Shown here: positions 1 to 7,869 of the stretch, in pieces | Layout of the letters: each line of letters opens with the position of its first letter | How positions within the stretch are numbered: the stretch's first letter is position 1 | IMG/VR virus record: IMGVR_UViG_3300017747_003642 | Coordinates: 1 to 32,604 of that record | DNA: 32,604 bases | Source of the DNA: a virus | Taxonomy: Duplodnaviria; Caudoviricetes | Strand: one strand, 5' to 3' | Notes under the pieces: model-generated | Database searches by the model: none | Told to the model about the DNA's origin: nothing | What the model saw: the letters and a program-made list of their open reading frames with translations, nothing else | Translations under genes and position numbers: made by a program

Positions 1-271
1 ACTTGAACCATTCCCACGCAAGGCCGGAATATCGGAAGCCCCAACGCTTGATGACCTGTTCGGCCTGAAAGATCGTCGGCCATGTCGCCCACATGAAGAG
101 CGCGCAATCCTTCGCGGCCAGCGCCGCGACGGGTAGGCGGCAAATATCTTCAAGCTCTGACACTTGATAGTGACGGCGCGCACTCTTCGCGTCGTTCTTG
201 TCGTTCCATGTCCGATACTTCCAATTAGGATCGGCCAGGATGCAGCGATAAGAGCCGAGTCGGATTGTCAC
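1..271 (-). CDS. MT-A70 family adenine methyltransferase (N-terminal part, runs off the window edge)
   Basis: Not in the ORF track. Manual translation from GTG at 271 (GTGA overlap with upstream stop) gives MTIRLGSYRCILADPNWKYRTW...ARRHYQVSELEDICRLPVAALAAKDCALFMWATWP...VIKRWGFRY...WEWFK, matching the MT-A70 pattern Y..I.ADPPW / HY / I..LPV / LFLW / WGF.Y. Confidence 0.88.
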   Translation of the reverse strand, partial: MTIRLGSYRCILADPNWKYRTWNDKNDAKSARRHYQVSELEDICRLPVAALAAKDCALFMWATWPTIFQAEQVIKRWGFRYSGLAWEWFK

Positions 272-801
272 GGCCGGAACTTCTCGGCCGCCAACGTCTC
301 GACCAAACGGCCCAAGGTCGACATGCCTGTGACCGTCGTTTCCGCGCCGCCTATGTCAGTCACGAGCGGCAAGAGGAGTTCCTTGCGGATCAGCGCGTCG
401 AGAACCGGCTTTTTGATTTCCGTGATCCGCTCGACGTCGCCGGACTTGATCGCCTGAAGCGCGATGAATTGCGCTTCGCTGATCTTGTCGACGATGGGCA
501 GCGCCTTGGCGGTCAGTGCCTCAAACTCAAGGCGAAGGCCCTCTGCCTGGCTGATCGTCTCTGTCCTGAAGTCGGCCGGCAGCGCCGAAGACTGGCCGCC
601 CGCGACGCGCTCGACGTGGCCGACCACCACTTCGCCGGAGCCTGGCGCGTGCGGAATAACCGGCATGTCGCCGTGATTGATGATGTAGTATTCGGCAAGC
701 GCGGCGAGCGTGTCCCATCCGAAGGCGCGAAGGCGTTTCCCGTTCCGCTTCGTTTCGTTAACGATCTTTTGCGCGCGGCGGCGCAGTTCGTTCGGTTCCA
801 T
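268..801 (-). CDS. hypothetical protein, possible C-terminal winged-helix segment
   Basis: 177 aa ORF abutting both neighbours, GGAG upstream of ATG. C-terminal SEAQFIALQAI...VLDALIRKELL is wHTH-like (weak). Confidence 0.7.
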   Translation of the reverse strand: MEPNELRRRAQKIVNETKRNGKRLRAFGWDTLAALAEYYIINHGDMPVIPHAPGSGEVVVGHVERVAGGQSSALPADFRTETISQAEGLRLEFEALTAKALPIVDKISEAQFIALQAIKSGDVERITEIKKPVLDALIRKELLLPLVTDIGGAETTVTGMSTLGRLVETLAAEKFRP

Positions 802-999
802 TTACTTGCTCCGTGTTCTGACGTTGGGGCCGCGCGTGCCATAGCCTGGCGGCGGGCGGCGGCATGTCTCGATATTCTCCGGCCACACTAGCGACCGTCG
901 TTTGGCGATGAAGCCGACGACCACGAAGACGAAGGTTGCGACCGCGACTCCGATACAGAAGCCAACGCCGCCGACCAAGAGAAGATGCGCGGCGTTCAT
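802..999 (-). CDS. small membrane protein
   Basis: 65 aa with one long hydrophobic segment (LLLVGGVGFCIGVAVATFVFVVVGFIA) followed by KRR. ATGA overlap with ruvC. Confidence 0.7.
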   Translation of the reverse strand: MNAAHLLLVGGVGFCIGVAVATFVFVVVGFIAKRRSLVWPENIETCRRPPPGYGTRGPNVRTRSK

Positions 1000-1544
1000 A
1001 GCGGCCTCTTGTAGAAGTTCGCGATCACATGAAGCCCCACGCCGATAGCGTCGGCTTGATTGTCGTCGCCTACTAGATAGTCGCGAGCGATGGCGGCGGC
1101 GACCATTGCGCGCTTCTGTTCGTCGCGAGTTTTGCCGGGCCGACCGTGTCCGGTCATCGCCTTCTTAACGCTGTTCGGCGAAACCTCGGTGCAGTCGATA
1201 TGATTTCGGGCGAAGACCATTTCTATAACCGCATCCGTGCCCATCAAATAGCGAACGGCCTCTTCGCTCGACCGGCGCCGGTCGTCGGTGAACAGGCCAG
1301 GCCGTGGCGGCGCCACGCTACCAATATACGGCGCTTCGAACGCGCCGCGTTGCGGCTTCCACTTCTCAATCATTCCTTGCTGCCACTCTTCAAGGCAATG
1401 CCAGCGCCAGCCCCACGAACGCGAAGAGCCGGGCGGCGCCTGGAAAGTCCCTCTCGCGATCAGCGGCGGATTCAAGTCAGGCGAATACTCCATGATAGCC
1501 CAACCGGTCGCCGTCGCACCGTCGAGGAAAAAACCAAGCGCCAC
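996..1544 (-). CDS. ruvC: RuvC-like Holliday junction resolvase
   Basis: FLDGATATGWA (first catalytic Asp), AFEAP (Glu), SPNSVKKAMTGHG, DDNQADAIGV (C-terminal Asp pair). AGGAG RBS upstream of GTG. Confidence 0.9.
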   Translation of the reverse strand: MALGFFLDGATATGWAIMEYSPDLNPPLIARGTFQAPPGSSRSWGWRWHCLEEWQQGMIEKWKPQRGAFEAPYIGSVAPPRPGLFTDDRRRSSEEAVRYLMGTDAVIEMVFARNHIDCTEVSPNSVKKAMTGHGRPGKTRDEQKRAMVAAAIARDYLVGDDNQADAIGVGLHVIANFYKRPL

Positions 1545-1553
1545 CGTCGACTC

Positions 1554-2261
1554 CTACGGACTGATTACTTCAAGCTTCTTCGGCGGGTCGCCTGCTGGCG
1601 GAAACCCGCCACCACCGCCGGCCGGCGGCGTCGGCTTCTTCACTTCAGGGAACGTCTTTTCGGCGAGTTCCTTCTGCCCGCGCGCGTGGCCGTTGGAGTA
1701 GTGCGCGTGTTCGGGCGAGCCAGGCTTGCCGGGCGGGTTTGCCGTGATGCCCTTGTTCCCGTCGGCGTAGCCCATGACTTCCCATTCAGCGACCGAAGGC
1801 GCCTTCATCACGCCGTCGAATAGTCCAAGCTGAACCATCGGCGACTTGATGACCTGCGCCTGCCAGGCCATTTCGCGAGCTTCGGCGATGCGCTCGCCGG
1901 GGTCGCGCTTCTCTTCGGCAATGGTCTTGCGCAGCACGCGAAGACGATCTTTCGGAACGCCGGCTTCAGCCGCCGCCGCGAACAGTTCGGCATAGGCGCC
2001 GCGTTCGGTGCGGACGTCGAGCATGAGCGCGTCGACCACCTTGCCTTGCCGAACGATCTTCGCCCGCCAGGTTTCGAAAACGTCGGCGTCCTTCTGCGAC
2101 GGCGGCCGATAGTTCGAAAGCTTGACCTCTTCGGCGGCTTGCTTCGTCCGCGTCGCGGCGGCCTTCGCGGCGGCCTTCAGGTTGCCGGCCTTCACCTTGG
2201 GCGCCGCCGGCCCCTTCCTCTTCGGTCGAGCCGCGCTCGATCCGCCTTCACGTTTCGCCAT
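1554..2261 (-). CDS. putative DNA-binding protein: Lys/Ala-rich N-terminus, GapR(DUF2312)-like core, RMF-like C-terminal motif
   Basis: Core YAELFAAAAEAGV...LRKTIAEEKRDPGERIAE resembles GapR (VYAEAKG.GFD.K.LR..I..RK.D..ER.E). GYADGNKG...NPPGKPGSPEHAHYSNGHARG resembles the RMF-like motif. AGAGGA RBS. Confidence 0.6.
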   Translation of the reverse strand: MAKREGGSSAARPKRKGPAAPKVKAGNLKAAAKAAATRTKQAAEEVKLSNYRPPSQKDADVFETWRAKIVRQGKVVDALMLDVRTERGAYAELFAAAAEAGVPKDRLRVLRKTIAEEKRDPGERIAEAREMAWQAQVIKSPMVQLGLFDGVMKAPSVAEWEVMGYADGNKGITANPPGKPGSPEHAHYSNGHARGQKELAEKTFPEVKKPTPPAGGGGGFPPAGDPPKKLEVISP

Positions 2262-2286
2262 GCTGAGTCCTCTATGCGGGGAGTGA

Positions 2287-2571
2287 TTAAAGAACCGAAG
2301 CGGCCCCGCGACCGCTTCGGAACTTCACCTTCGCCTTGGGCGATGGCGCCGACATTCCCCATAGGTCAGGGCGCAAATATTCGCGCGAGACACCGGTAAA
2401 GGCTTCCACCCGAACCGCCTCTTCGCCAGAGATAGGGCGCTTTCCGTTGCGGATTCTGGACACGTTGGCTTGCGAAATGTCCGCGCCCTTGGATAGCTTG
2501 CCCTGCCCGCCCGCGAAAATAACCGCGCGGTCGAATGCTGAAACGCTCTTGGCTTTTTGGGACTTGTTCAT
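2287..2571 (-). CDS. Cro/YdaS-like helix-turn-helix regulator
   Basis: RAVIFAGGQGKLSKGADISQANVSRI (HTH) and VEAFTGVSREYLRPDLWG, the signature of Cro/YdaS-like proteins. First gene left of the divergent promoter. Confidence 0.88.
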   Translation of the reverse strand: MNKSQKAKSVSAFDRAVIFAGGQGKLSKGADISQANVSRIRNGKRPISGEEAVRVEAFTGVSREYLRPDLWGMSAPSPKAKVKFRSGRGAASVL

Positions 2572-2580
2572 GGGGCGCGA

Positions 2581-2643
2581 TATTCATTTATGAAAAAAGG
2601 TCTGTCAACTTGATTGACGACCTTTTGCAAAAATGAATAAGAT
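2581..2643. promoter_or_regulatory. back-to-back divergent promoters inside an imperfect 59-bp palindrome with two operator-like sites
   Basis: AT-rich island. TGTCAA at 2603-2608 (TTGACA on minus) and TTGACG at 2614-2619 followed 18 nt later by TAAGAT. Arms TATTCATTT/AAATGAATA and AAAAGGTC/GACCTTTT are inverted repeats. Confidence 0.8.
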
Positions 2644-2666
2644 GCGCAGCCTTGGGAGGCGCCGAC

Positions 2667-2849
2667 ATGGAAGCATTCGTCTATAATTGGCTGTTGCCGG
2701 TGGTTGCGGTTTGCTTTCCGCCGCTCGCGGTCTTCATCGTGTATCGCGGCCATTCGGCATTGAAGCGCCGCGTCGAAGGTTTCGACCGCATCGCGCGCGG
2801 CAGCATGTCGGACCCGTCACGCCGCACAATCGAGAGGAAGAGAAAGTGA
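2667..2849 (+). CDS. small membrane protein, first gene of the rightward operon
   Basis: GGGAGG RBS at 2654-2659, ATG 2667. Hydrophobic WLLPVVAVCFPPLAVFIVY followed by a basic tail. Confidence 0.7.
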   Translation: MEAFVYNWLLPVVAVCFPPLAVFIVYRGHSALKRRVEGFDRIARGSMSDPSRRTIERKRK

Positions 2850-3043
2850 AGAATCCAGCAACCGACAAGCCAACGCACCTAAAGCCCGGCATGGGCGGCG
2901 AGCGCAAGATACCCAGCGGCGGCCAGTATCGGCCGCGCACCGGCAACAGCAGCGGCGAGCGCAAGCCGAAGCGGACCAAGCAAACCCGCAAGGTTGCCTA
3001 TGTCCCGCCGGTCGTGACGCCGAAGTGGGCGCGCGCCAAATGA
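2846..3043 (+). CDS. small basic hypothetical protein
   Basis: GTG at 2846 overlaps the upstream stop (GTGA), GAGGA RBS, and the stop overlaps the next ATG. 65 aa, Lys/Arg-rich. Confidence 0.6.
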   Translation: MKNPATDKPTHLKPGMGGERKIPSGGQYRPRTGNSSGERKPKRTKQTRKVAYVPPVVTPKWARAK

Positions 3044-4053
3044 CGAAGGCGAAGACGCCGGCCGCGAAGCGCGCGCCGAAGACCGAACAGGCCGACCCGT
3101 TCGCGATCACGAAAGCCGGCCTCTATGGCAACATGCCGGCGGACCGATATAACCTCGATCCGTGCCCGCAACCTTCGGCGAGCGCGCACTATCTCGCGGC
3201 CATCGCGGCGACGTCGGTTTCACATGCCCGCTACAATCACCCGCGCCTCAATCCCGACTATCGGTCGGACGAAGCGACGGCCGGAATGGACTTCGGCACC
3301 GTCGCGCACGCGCTTTTGCTGAACGCCGGCCGCTATTCCGTCGTCGACATGAATAGTTGGCGAAGCGATGCGGCGAAAGAAAAGGCGCGCGAAGTCCGGA
3401 GCCTTGGCGCAACGCCGATCTTGCGAAAGGATTTCGAGCGCTGCCGGGCGATGACGGACAAGCTGATAGCCGATCTAAAGCTTCAGCCTGACGACGCGCG
3501 CGACGTCTTGCCGAACTTCCTTGATGACCGCTTCGGCGGGATTTCCGAGGTCGTCGCCGCGTGGCGCGACAATGGCGTGTGGCTTCGTGCTCGCGCTGAT
3601 CGTTGGATAAAGCCGGCGAAGATGAAGTTCGCGCCGCATGGCCTGATTGTCGATTACAAGACGACGGGCGAGCTTGCGGCGCCGGACACATGGAAGCGGA
3701 AGCTCTACAGCTTCGCGGCCGACTTTCAATCCGTCCTCTATCCCGAAGGCTTCGTCGCCGCGCAAGTCCAAGGCGGCACGTCGGCAGAATTCAAGCTGCC
3801 GCGCCTCGTCATGGTCGTTCAGGAAGACGAAGCGCCGTGGGAATGGTCGACCTTCGAACTGTCCGACGTCGCGAAGGAACACACGCGCGGCAAGATCGCG
3901 AACGCCCTTGCCCAGCACGTCACGGCGATGAAGACCGGCGTATGGCCTGGCTACTCGCGCCGGATCAATTACGTCGACCCGCCGGCATGGGAAGTGAACG
4001 CGGAAGCCCATCGCCAGGTCGCGGCCCAAGTCATGAACAGCGGAGTTGGGTGA
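3040..4053 (+). CDS. RecE/exonuclease VIII-like PD-(D/E)XK nuclease (DUF3799-like)
   Basis: GLYGNMPADRY, SAS, MDFGTVAHALLL, E...W....VWLRARADRW, IVDYKTT, Q...Y, FVVQE-like MVVQEDEAPW and WPGY motifs. ATG at 3040 by ATGA overlap. Confidence 0.88.
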   Translation: MTKAKTPAAKRAPKTEQADPFAITKAGLYGNMPADRYNLDPCPQPSASAHYLAAIAATSVSHARYNHPRLNPDYRSDEATAGMDFGTVAHALLLNAGRYSVVDMNSWRSDAAKEKAREVRSLGATPILRKDFERCRAMTDKLIADLKLQPDDARDVLPNFLDDRFGGISEVVAAWRDNGVWLRARADRWIKPAKMKFAPHGLIVDYKTTGELAAPDTWKRKLYSFAADFQSVLYPEGFVAAQVQGGTSAEFKLPRLVMVVQEDEAPWEWSTFELSDVAKEHTRGKIANALAQHVTAMKTGVWPGYSRRINYVDPPAWEVNAEAHRQVAAQVMNSGVG

Positions 4054-4259
4054 TGGAAAGCCGGCATCGCCGCAGTCAAGGAGTCCGAGTGATGGAAGAG
4101 CGCATGTCGTGGCAAAAGGCTGGCCGCATCGCCGGCCTAAGAGAAGCGGCCAAGATGGCGAACGACCTCGCCGACCACGCGCACTTAGCCGCGTCTATCC
4201 CGCTGGCCGCCCTTGCCGTCGAGATAGAAAATCACGCCGCAAAACTGGAGTCCGAGTGA
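4053..4259 (+). CDS. small hypothetical protein (start 4053 or 4092)
   Basis: TGATG coupling on both sides and GGAG RBS before both candidate starts. Helical GLREAAKMA segment. Confidence 0.6.
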   Translation: MESRHRRSQGVRVMEERMSWQKAGRIAGLREAAKMANDLADHAHLAASIPLAALAVEIENHAAKLESE

Positions 4260-4262
4260 TGG
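4080..4262 (+). repeat. 16-bp direct repeat GGAGTCCGAGTGATGG at 4080-4095 and 4247-4262
   Basis: Two exact copies read from the sequence, plus a degenerate copy GGAGTTGGGTGATGG at 4042-4056. Confidence 0.8.
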
Positions 4263-5371
4263 CCAAGAAAACCGCGCGGCAATTCACGATGAAGCCCGCT
4301 AAGCGCGAGGCGATGGACCTTCGACTCGGTGTGTCCGGCCCGTCGTCGAGCGGCAAAACCTACACGTCGCTATTGCTTGGCGTCGGCATTCAAGAGGTCG
4401 TCGGCGGCGACCTCGCGCTTGTCGACACTGAGAACGGCCGGGCCAATCAATACGCCGATGAATTCAAGTTCCTTCACGTCCCGTTCGCGGCGCCGTTCGG
4501 ATCGCTCGCCTATCTCGACGCGCTGAACTTCGTCGCCGGCAAGGGCGTCAAGACGTGCATAATTGACAGCATGTCCCATGAACACGAAGGCGACGGCGGA
4601 CACTTGCATATGCACGAAGCCGAACTAGACCGCATGGCCGGCGACGATTGGGGGAAGCGGAAGCAATTGACGTTCCTCGCGTGGGCCAAGCCGGCGGCAG
4701 AGCGGCGCGCATTCCTGAATGCCATTCAGCAAATCCGAATGAACCTGATCTTCTGTTTCCGGGCGAAGGACAAGCTTGCGTTGGTCAAGGTCAACGGCAA
4801 GACGGAAGCGGTTTCCATCGGCTGGCAACCTATCGCCGGGCCTGAGTTCGTCTTTGAAATGACGGCTCTTGTCGTGCTGCCGCCACGCTCCGGCGGCGTG
4901 CCGGATTGGAAGGCCGAAGCGGTCAAGGTTGCAAAGGGATGGGACGTTCTCTTTCCGAAGGCCGGCGTCGCGCTCGACAAGGCGACCGGCGAACGCCTGG
5001 CCCGCTATGCCCAAGGCGAGAAGGTCAAGCCGGTTGGCGACAAGATCGCGCCACTTCAGGAAGACGCCAGGCGCACCACGGCCGCCGCGCTCAAGGCCGA
5101 ACAGAAGGGCGGCAAGCCGTCGGAATGGTCGCCGATGGAAGGTTGGCCGGAGTTCAAGACGGTGTCGGAATGGGCGAAGTGGTCTATCCAATTCCTGACG
5201 AACAAGGAAATAGGACGCACCGAAGCCGAAGCTTGGTCTGAATGGTGGCGCGACTACATGAACAACCTTGAAGGACTCGTTCAGCAAAAGCGGACGGGCG
5301 CCGCCGAAATCGACAAGGAACTGAAGGCCGCGCTTAACGCCGCGATGAAGAGGGAGGCGAAGCTACTATGA
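4259..5371 (+). CDS. Sak4-like (AAA_24) ATPase / single-strand annealing recombinase
   Basis: Walker A GPSSSGKT, LVDTENG, Walker B IIDSMSHE, FCFRAK, FVFEMT. Adjacent to the RecE-like nuclease. True start ATG 4259 with GGAG RBS. Confidence 0.88.
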   Translation: MAKKTARQFTMKPAKREAMDLRLGVSGPSSSGKTYTSLLLGVGIQEVVGGDLALVDTENGRANQYADEFKFLHVPFAAPFGSLAYLDALNFVAGKGVKTCIIDSMSHEHEGDGGHLHMHEAELDRMAGDDWGKRKQLTFLAWAKPAAERRAFLNAIQQIRMNLIFCFRAKDKLALVKVNGKTEAVSIGWQPIAGPEFVFEMTALVVLPPRSGGVPDWKAEAVKVAKGWDVLFPKAGVALDKATGERLARYAQGEKVKPVGDKIAPLQEDARRTTAAALKAEQKGGKPSEWSPMEGWPEFKTVSEWAKWSIQFLTNKEIGRTEAEAWSEWWRDYMNNLEGLVQQKRTGAAEIDKELKAALNAAMKREAKLL

Positions 5372-5541
5372 GCGAAGACCGCGAACGGCTTAACGCCAAG
5401 TTTGCCTCTATCGCCGACTCGGCGACGAAGGCGCAAAAGGCGACATTGCTTGAAGAGGTCGGCGGCCTTTTGGAAGATATCGAAATCGAGACACGGCAGG
5501 CCGCCGCCATTGCCGACCGCATGGAATGGCCCGCGTCATGA
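5368..5541 (+). CDS. small acidic hypothetical protein (57 aa)
   Basis: Below track cut-off. MSEDRERLNAKFASIADSATKAQKATLLEEVGGLLEDIEIETRQAAAIADRMEWPAS, with GGGAGG RBS and ATGA overlaps at both ends. Confidence 0.7.
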   Translation: MSEDRERLNAKFASIADSATKAQKATLLEEVGGLLEDIEIETRQAAAIADRMEWPAS

Positions 5542-5735
5542 GCGAAGCTGAATCCCTGGCGCTGGCCGCGCTGAAGATCGGCGTCGACATGCGCCGCGAG
5601 CAAACGGCGTTCTTTCGCGCCGGACAAGGCACAATCGTCAAGCGACAAGCCCTCGACAATGCGCGTCGACTTGAACGCGAATTCGACAAGGCGGCAGCCG
5701 CCGCGCTCAAGGCGAAGGAAGGTTTGCCGCTATGA
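5538..5735 (+). CDS. small hypothetical protein
   Basis: ATGA-coupled at both ends. DMRREQTAFFR...ALDNARRLEREFD helical protein. Confidence 0.7.
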   Translation: MSEAESLALAALKIGVDMRREQTAFFRAGQGTIVKRQALDNARRLEREFDKAAAAALKAKEGLPL

Positions 5736-6376
5736 CACACGGTAAGGGCGCGAACGCCCATCCGCTCCACTGGCCCGAAGGCTGGCCGCGTTCCGTTCCG
5801 CTTGGTCGGAAGGGACTCGGGGCCTTCACCGGCCTCACGCCGCTTCGCGCCTATACGTCATTGCTCGACGAACTAAAGAAGCTTGGCGCGACGTCGGTTG
5901 TTGTGTCGTCAAATGCTCGCGTCCTCAACAACGGGCACCCCAGCATGGAAGAGTCCGGCGAACGGTTGAACGATCCGGGAGTCGCCGTTTACTTTTCGTA
6001 CCAGGCGAAGCCAATGGTCATGGCTCAAGACATTTTCAGCCGGCCGTATGTGAACATGCGAAGTCTTGCCATCGCGATTGACGCTCTTCGCGCCATCGGC
6101 CGGCACGGCGGCGGTCACATGATGACGCGGTCATTCGCCGGCTTCACGGCGCTTCCGCCGCCTGGCGGCGAGCAAGCGGCCGTCGTTCGTCGGCCGTGGC
6201 GCGAGGTCTTAGAACTTGTCGGCTTCACCGGGCCAAGCTTCGCCGTCCTGGCTGGCGCCGAAGCCGCGTATCGCACGCTCGCAAAGGTCCGTCATCCCGA
6301 CATGGCGAACGGGAGTCCGGAAGCCTTCGCCGAATTGGCGGGCGCCATCGAAGACGCGCGGGAGGAATTGCGATGA
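5732..6376 (+). CDS. phage J-domain (DnaJ-like) protein
   Basis: N-terminal HPLHWPEGWPR, VVSSN, DPGVAVYF, then C-terminal WREVL...AYRTLAKVRHPD...GSPEAFAEL with intact HPD motif. Confidence 0.88.
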   Translation: MTHGKGANAHPLHWPEGWPRSVPLGRKGLGAFTGLTPLRAYTSLLDELKKLGATSVVVSSNARVLNNGHPSMEESGERLNDPGVAVYFSYQAKPMVMAQDIFSRPYVNMRSLAIAIDALRAIGRHGGGHMMTRSFAGFTALPPPGGEQAAVVRRPWREVLELVGFTGPSFAVLAGAEAAYRTLAKVRHPDMANGSPEAFAELAGAIEDAREELR

Positions 6377-6597
6377 AAAAGACATACACTTTCGAGATTA
6401 GCGGGACGGCCGGCGACGGGAAGATTTGGAAGACGAGCGGCACCATTGGGTCGGAATTAGCCGGCGTCTTCAACGCGGCGATGGCCGCGTCGTTCGCACA
6501 ACTGACGGGCGGTCGCGCCGTCTTCGGTAAACCCGGCGACGGTTGCAGAGGCCCCTACGATATCGACCGCGTCCTTATCGAACAGGTTCGGCAGTAA
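6373..6597 (+). CDS. hypothetical protein
   Basis: GGGAGGA RBS, ATGA overlap, 74 aa MKKTYTFEISG... Confidence 0.7.
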   Translation: MKKTYTFEISGTAGDGKIWKTSGTIGSELAGVFNAAMAASFAQLTGGRAVFGKPGDGCRGPYDIDRVLIEQVRQ

Positions 6598-6851
6598 TGG
6601 CGAAGCCACCACCCGTCCCGGCGCCGACCAATCGCGAGCTTCGCAAGCTCGACGGAACCGACGCGCTACAGCCTGGCGCGGCATTGCTCGCCAAGCTTGG
6701 CTCTATTCTCGTCCACACGTCGGAAGGCGTGAGCGACGGCGGCCACGCCTTCGATTGGTTCGCCGTTCAGGCGCTTATCATGGACTCCGAGGTCCAAGCC
6801 TGGCTCGACGGGATGCAGCGACTCGCGTTGCTGCCGGTGAAGAGGTCATAG
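6597..6851 (+). CDS. hypothetical protein
   Basis: TAATG coupling, 84 aa MAKPPPVPAP...ALLPVKRS. Confidence 0.7.
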   Translation: MAKPPPVPAPTNRELRKLDGTDALQPGAALLAKLGSILVHTSEGVSDGGHAFDWFAVQALIMDSEVQAWLDGMQRLALLPVKRS

Positions 6852-6989
6852 GAATTGGATAGTTCCGGCCCGGCCTATTATGTGGACGGAATTATTTAGT
6901 GGAAAGAGTTGACCCGCCCGGCCAGCCGTGAGACAAGATCAGCACGCGCCGGGGTTGGCCCGACGCGAGCTTAGGGAAAGGCCCTTCAG
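6852..6989 (+). promoter_or_regulatory. probable internal early promoter and structured leader
   Basis: AT-rich tract 6889-6908 then TTGACC at 6909-6914. The -10 is weak (CAAGAT-like). Hairpin 6945-6967 and GGAAAGG RBS follow. Confidence 0.5.
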
Positions 6990-7265
6990 ATGAGCTTCCG
7001 TCTCCCCACTCTGAACCACCCGGCCCGCGAAGCGGTCGGCGACATTGCCGCCTTGGCGGTCACGCTCGATCCGGCGAACGCAGGTCGGCTTCCCACGCTG
7101 CAACAGGCGCGGCGCAATGCGCTCGCCCTCTTGGCCGCCACTCCGGCGGCCTCGCGCGTCAATTCGGTCGTCCTCCGTCTTGAGAACGACGAACGGCACC
7201 TGATTTCATTCGGCCCGAAAGGCGGCTGGCGGAAGGTCTGGAACTTCGGGACCGGCCGCGCATAG
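6990..7265 (+). CDS. hypothetical protein
   Basis: 91 aa with GGAAAGG RBS, first ORF after the putative promoter. Confidence 0.7.
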   Translation: MSFRLPTLNHPAREAVGDIAALAVTLDPANAGRLPTLQQARRNALALLAATPAASRVNSVVLRLENDERHLISFGPKGGWRKVWNFGTGRA

Positions 7266-7284
7266 GCCGCCCCGCTCCCAACAG

Positions 7285-7339
7285 CCCCGCTCCGGAAACG
7301 GACGCGGGGTTTAGGAGTCACAGGCGGGAACGGCCCGCC
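7285..7339 (+). promoter_or_regulatory. two intergenic RNA hairpins (GAAA-tetraloop stem plus short U run, then GGCGGG/CCCGCC)
   Basis: CCCCGC-TCCG-GAAA-CGGA-C-GCGGGG-TTT at 7285-7312 and GGCGGG-AACGG-CCCGCC at 7323-7339. Confidence 0.5.
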
Positions 7340-7360
7340 GGATGAAAGGGATTGCCCTAC

Positions 7361-7585
7361 ATGAACAGACATTCCGATTACGGCTACACCTTCGGCGGCA
7401 ACGAAGCCCACACGCGCGAGCTTTGCGCGCGGCGGATTCGCTTCTGTCGAATGCTCGCGCGCCAGGCCGCCGGCCGCACCGATCACGCGACTATTCCGCC
7501 GAAGTATACGCCGGCCTTTTGGAATGGCCGGGTCGCGGAATGGCTCGCCATCGGGCGCGCTATCAAAAAGGAAGTTCGGTCATGA
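7361..7585 (+). CDS. hypothetical protein
   Basis: GAAAGGG RBS, ATG 7361, stop overlaps next start. Confidence 0.65.
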   Translation: MNRHSDYGYTFGGNEAHTRELCARRIRFCRMLARQAAGRTDHATIPPKYTPAFWNGRVAEWLAIGRAIKKEVRS

Positions 7586-7869
7586 GCGCGCCTGAAGACT
7601 TCCGCGACCGCGTTCGCGACGCCGTCTTGGCTTCGCTCGATGAAGTCGCCGCCGAATTGAAAGTGCCTGGCAAATCGCCGGGCGCGCTCGATAAGGATTT
7701 GCCCGACCTGTTCCGCGCGCTCGACGCTCACGCCGATAAACTTTGGCAGCGGATCGTCAATCAGACGGACGAACGCTACCGCGAGGAAGCGCAAGCCATC
7801 ATGGACGGCCGCGCTTGCTTGGTCCGGACGTCGCCGGCAGCGTTCGACAAGATGCGACGCCCATCATGA
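7582..7869 (+). CDS. hypothetical protein
   Basis: MSAPEDFRDRV..., AAGGA RBS, ATGA overlaps at both ends. Confidence 0.7.
   Translation: MSAPEDFRDRVRDAVLASLDEVAAELKVPGKSPGALDKDLPDLFRALDAHADKLWQRIVNQTDERYREEAQAIMDGRACLVRTSPAAFDKMRRPS

Noticed and set aside
2295-2320. Inverted repeat CCGAAGCGG...CCGCTTCGG at the end of the cro-like gene
   Set aside because: It lies within coding sequence with only a short U run, too weak to call a terminator.
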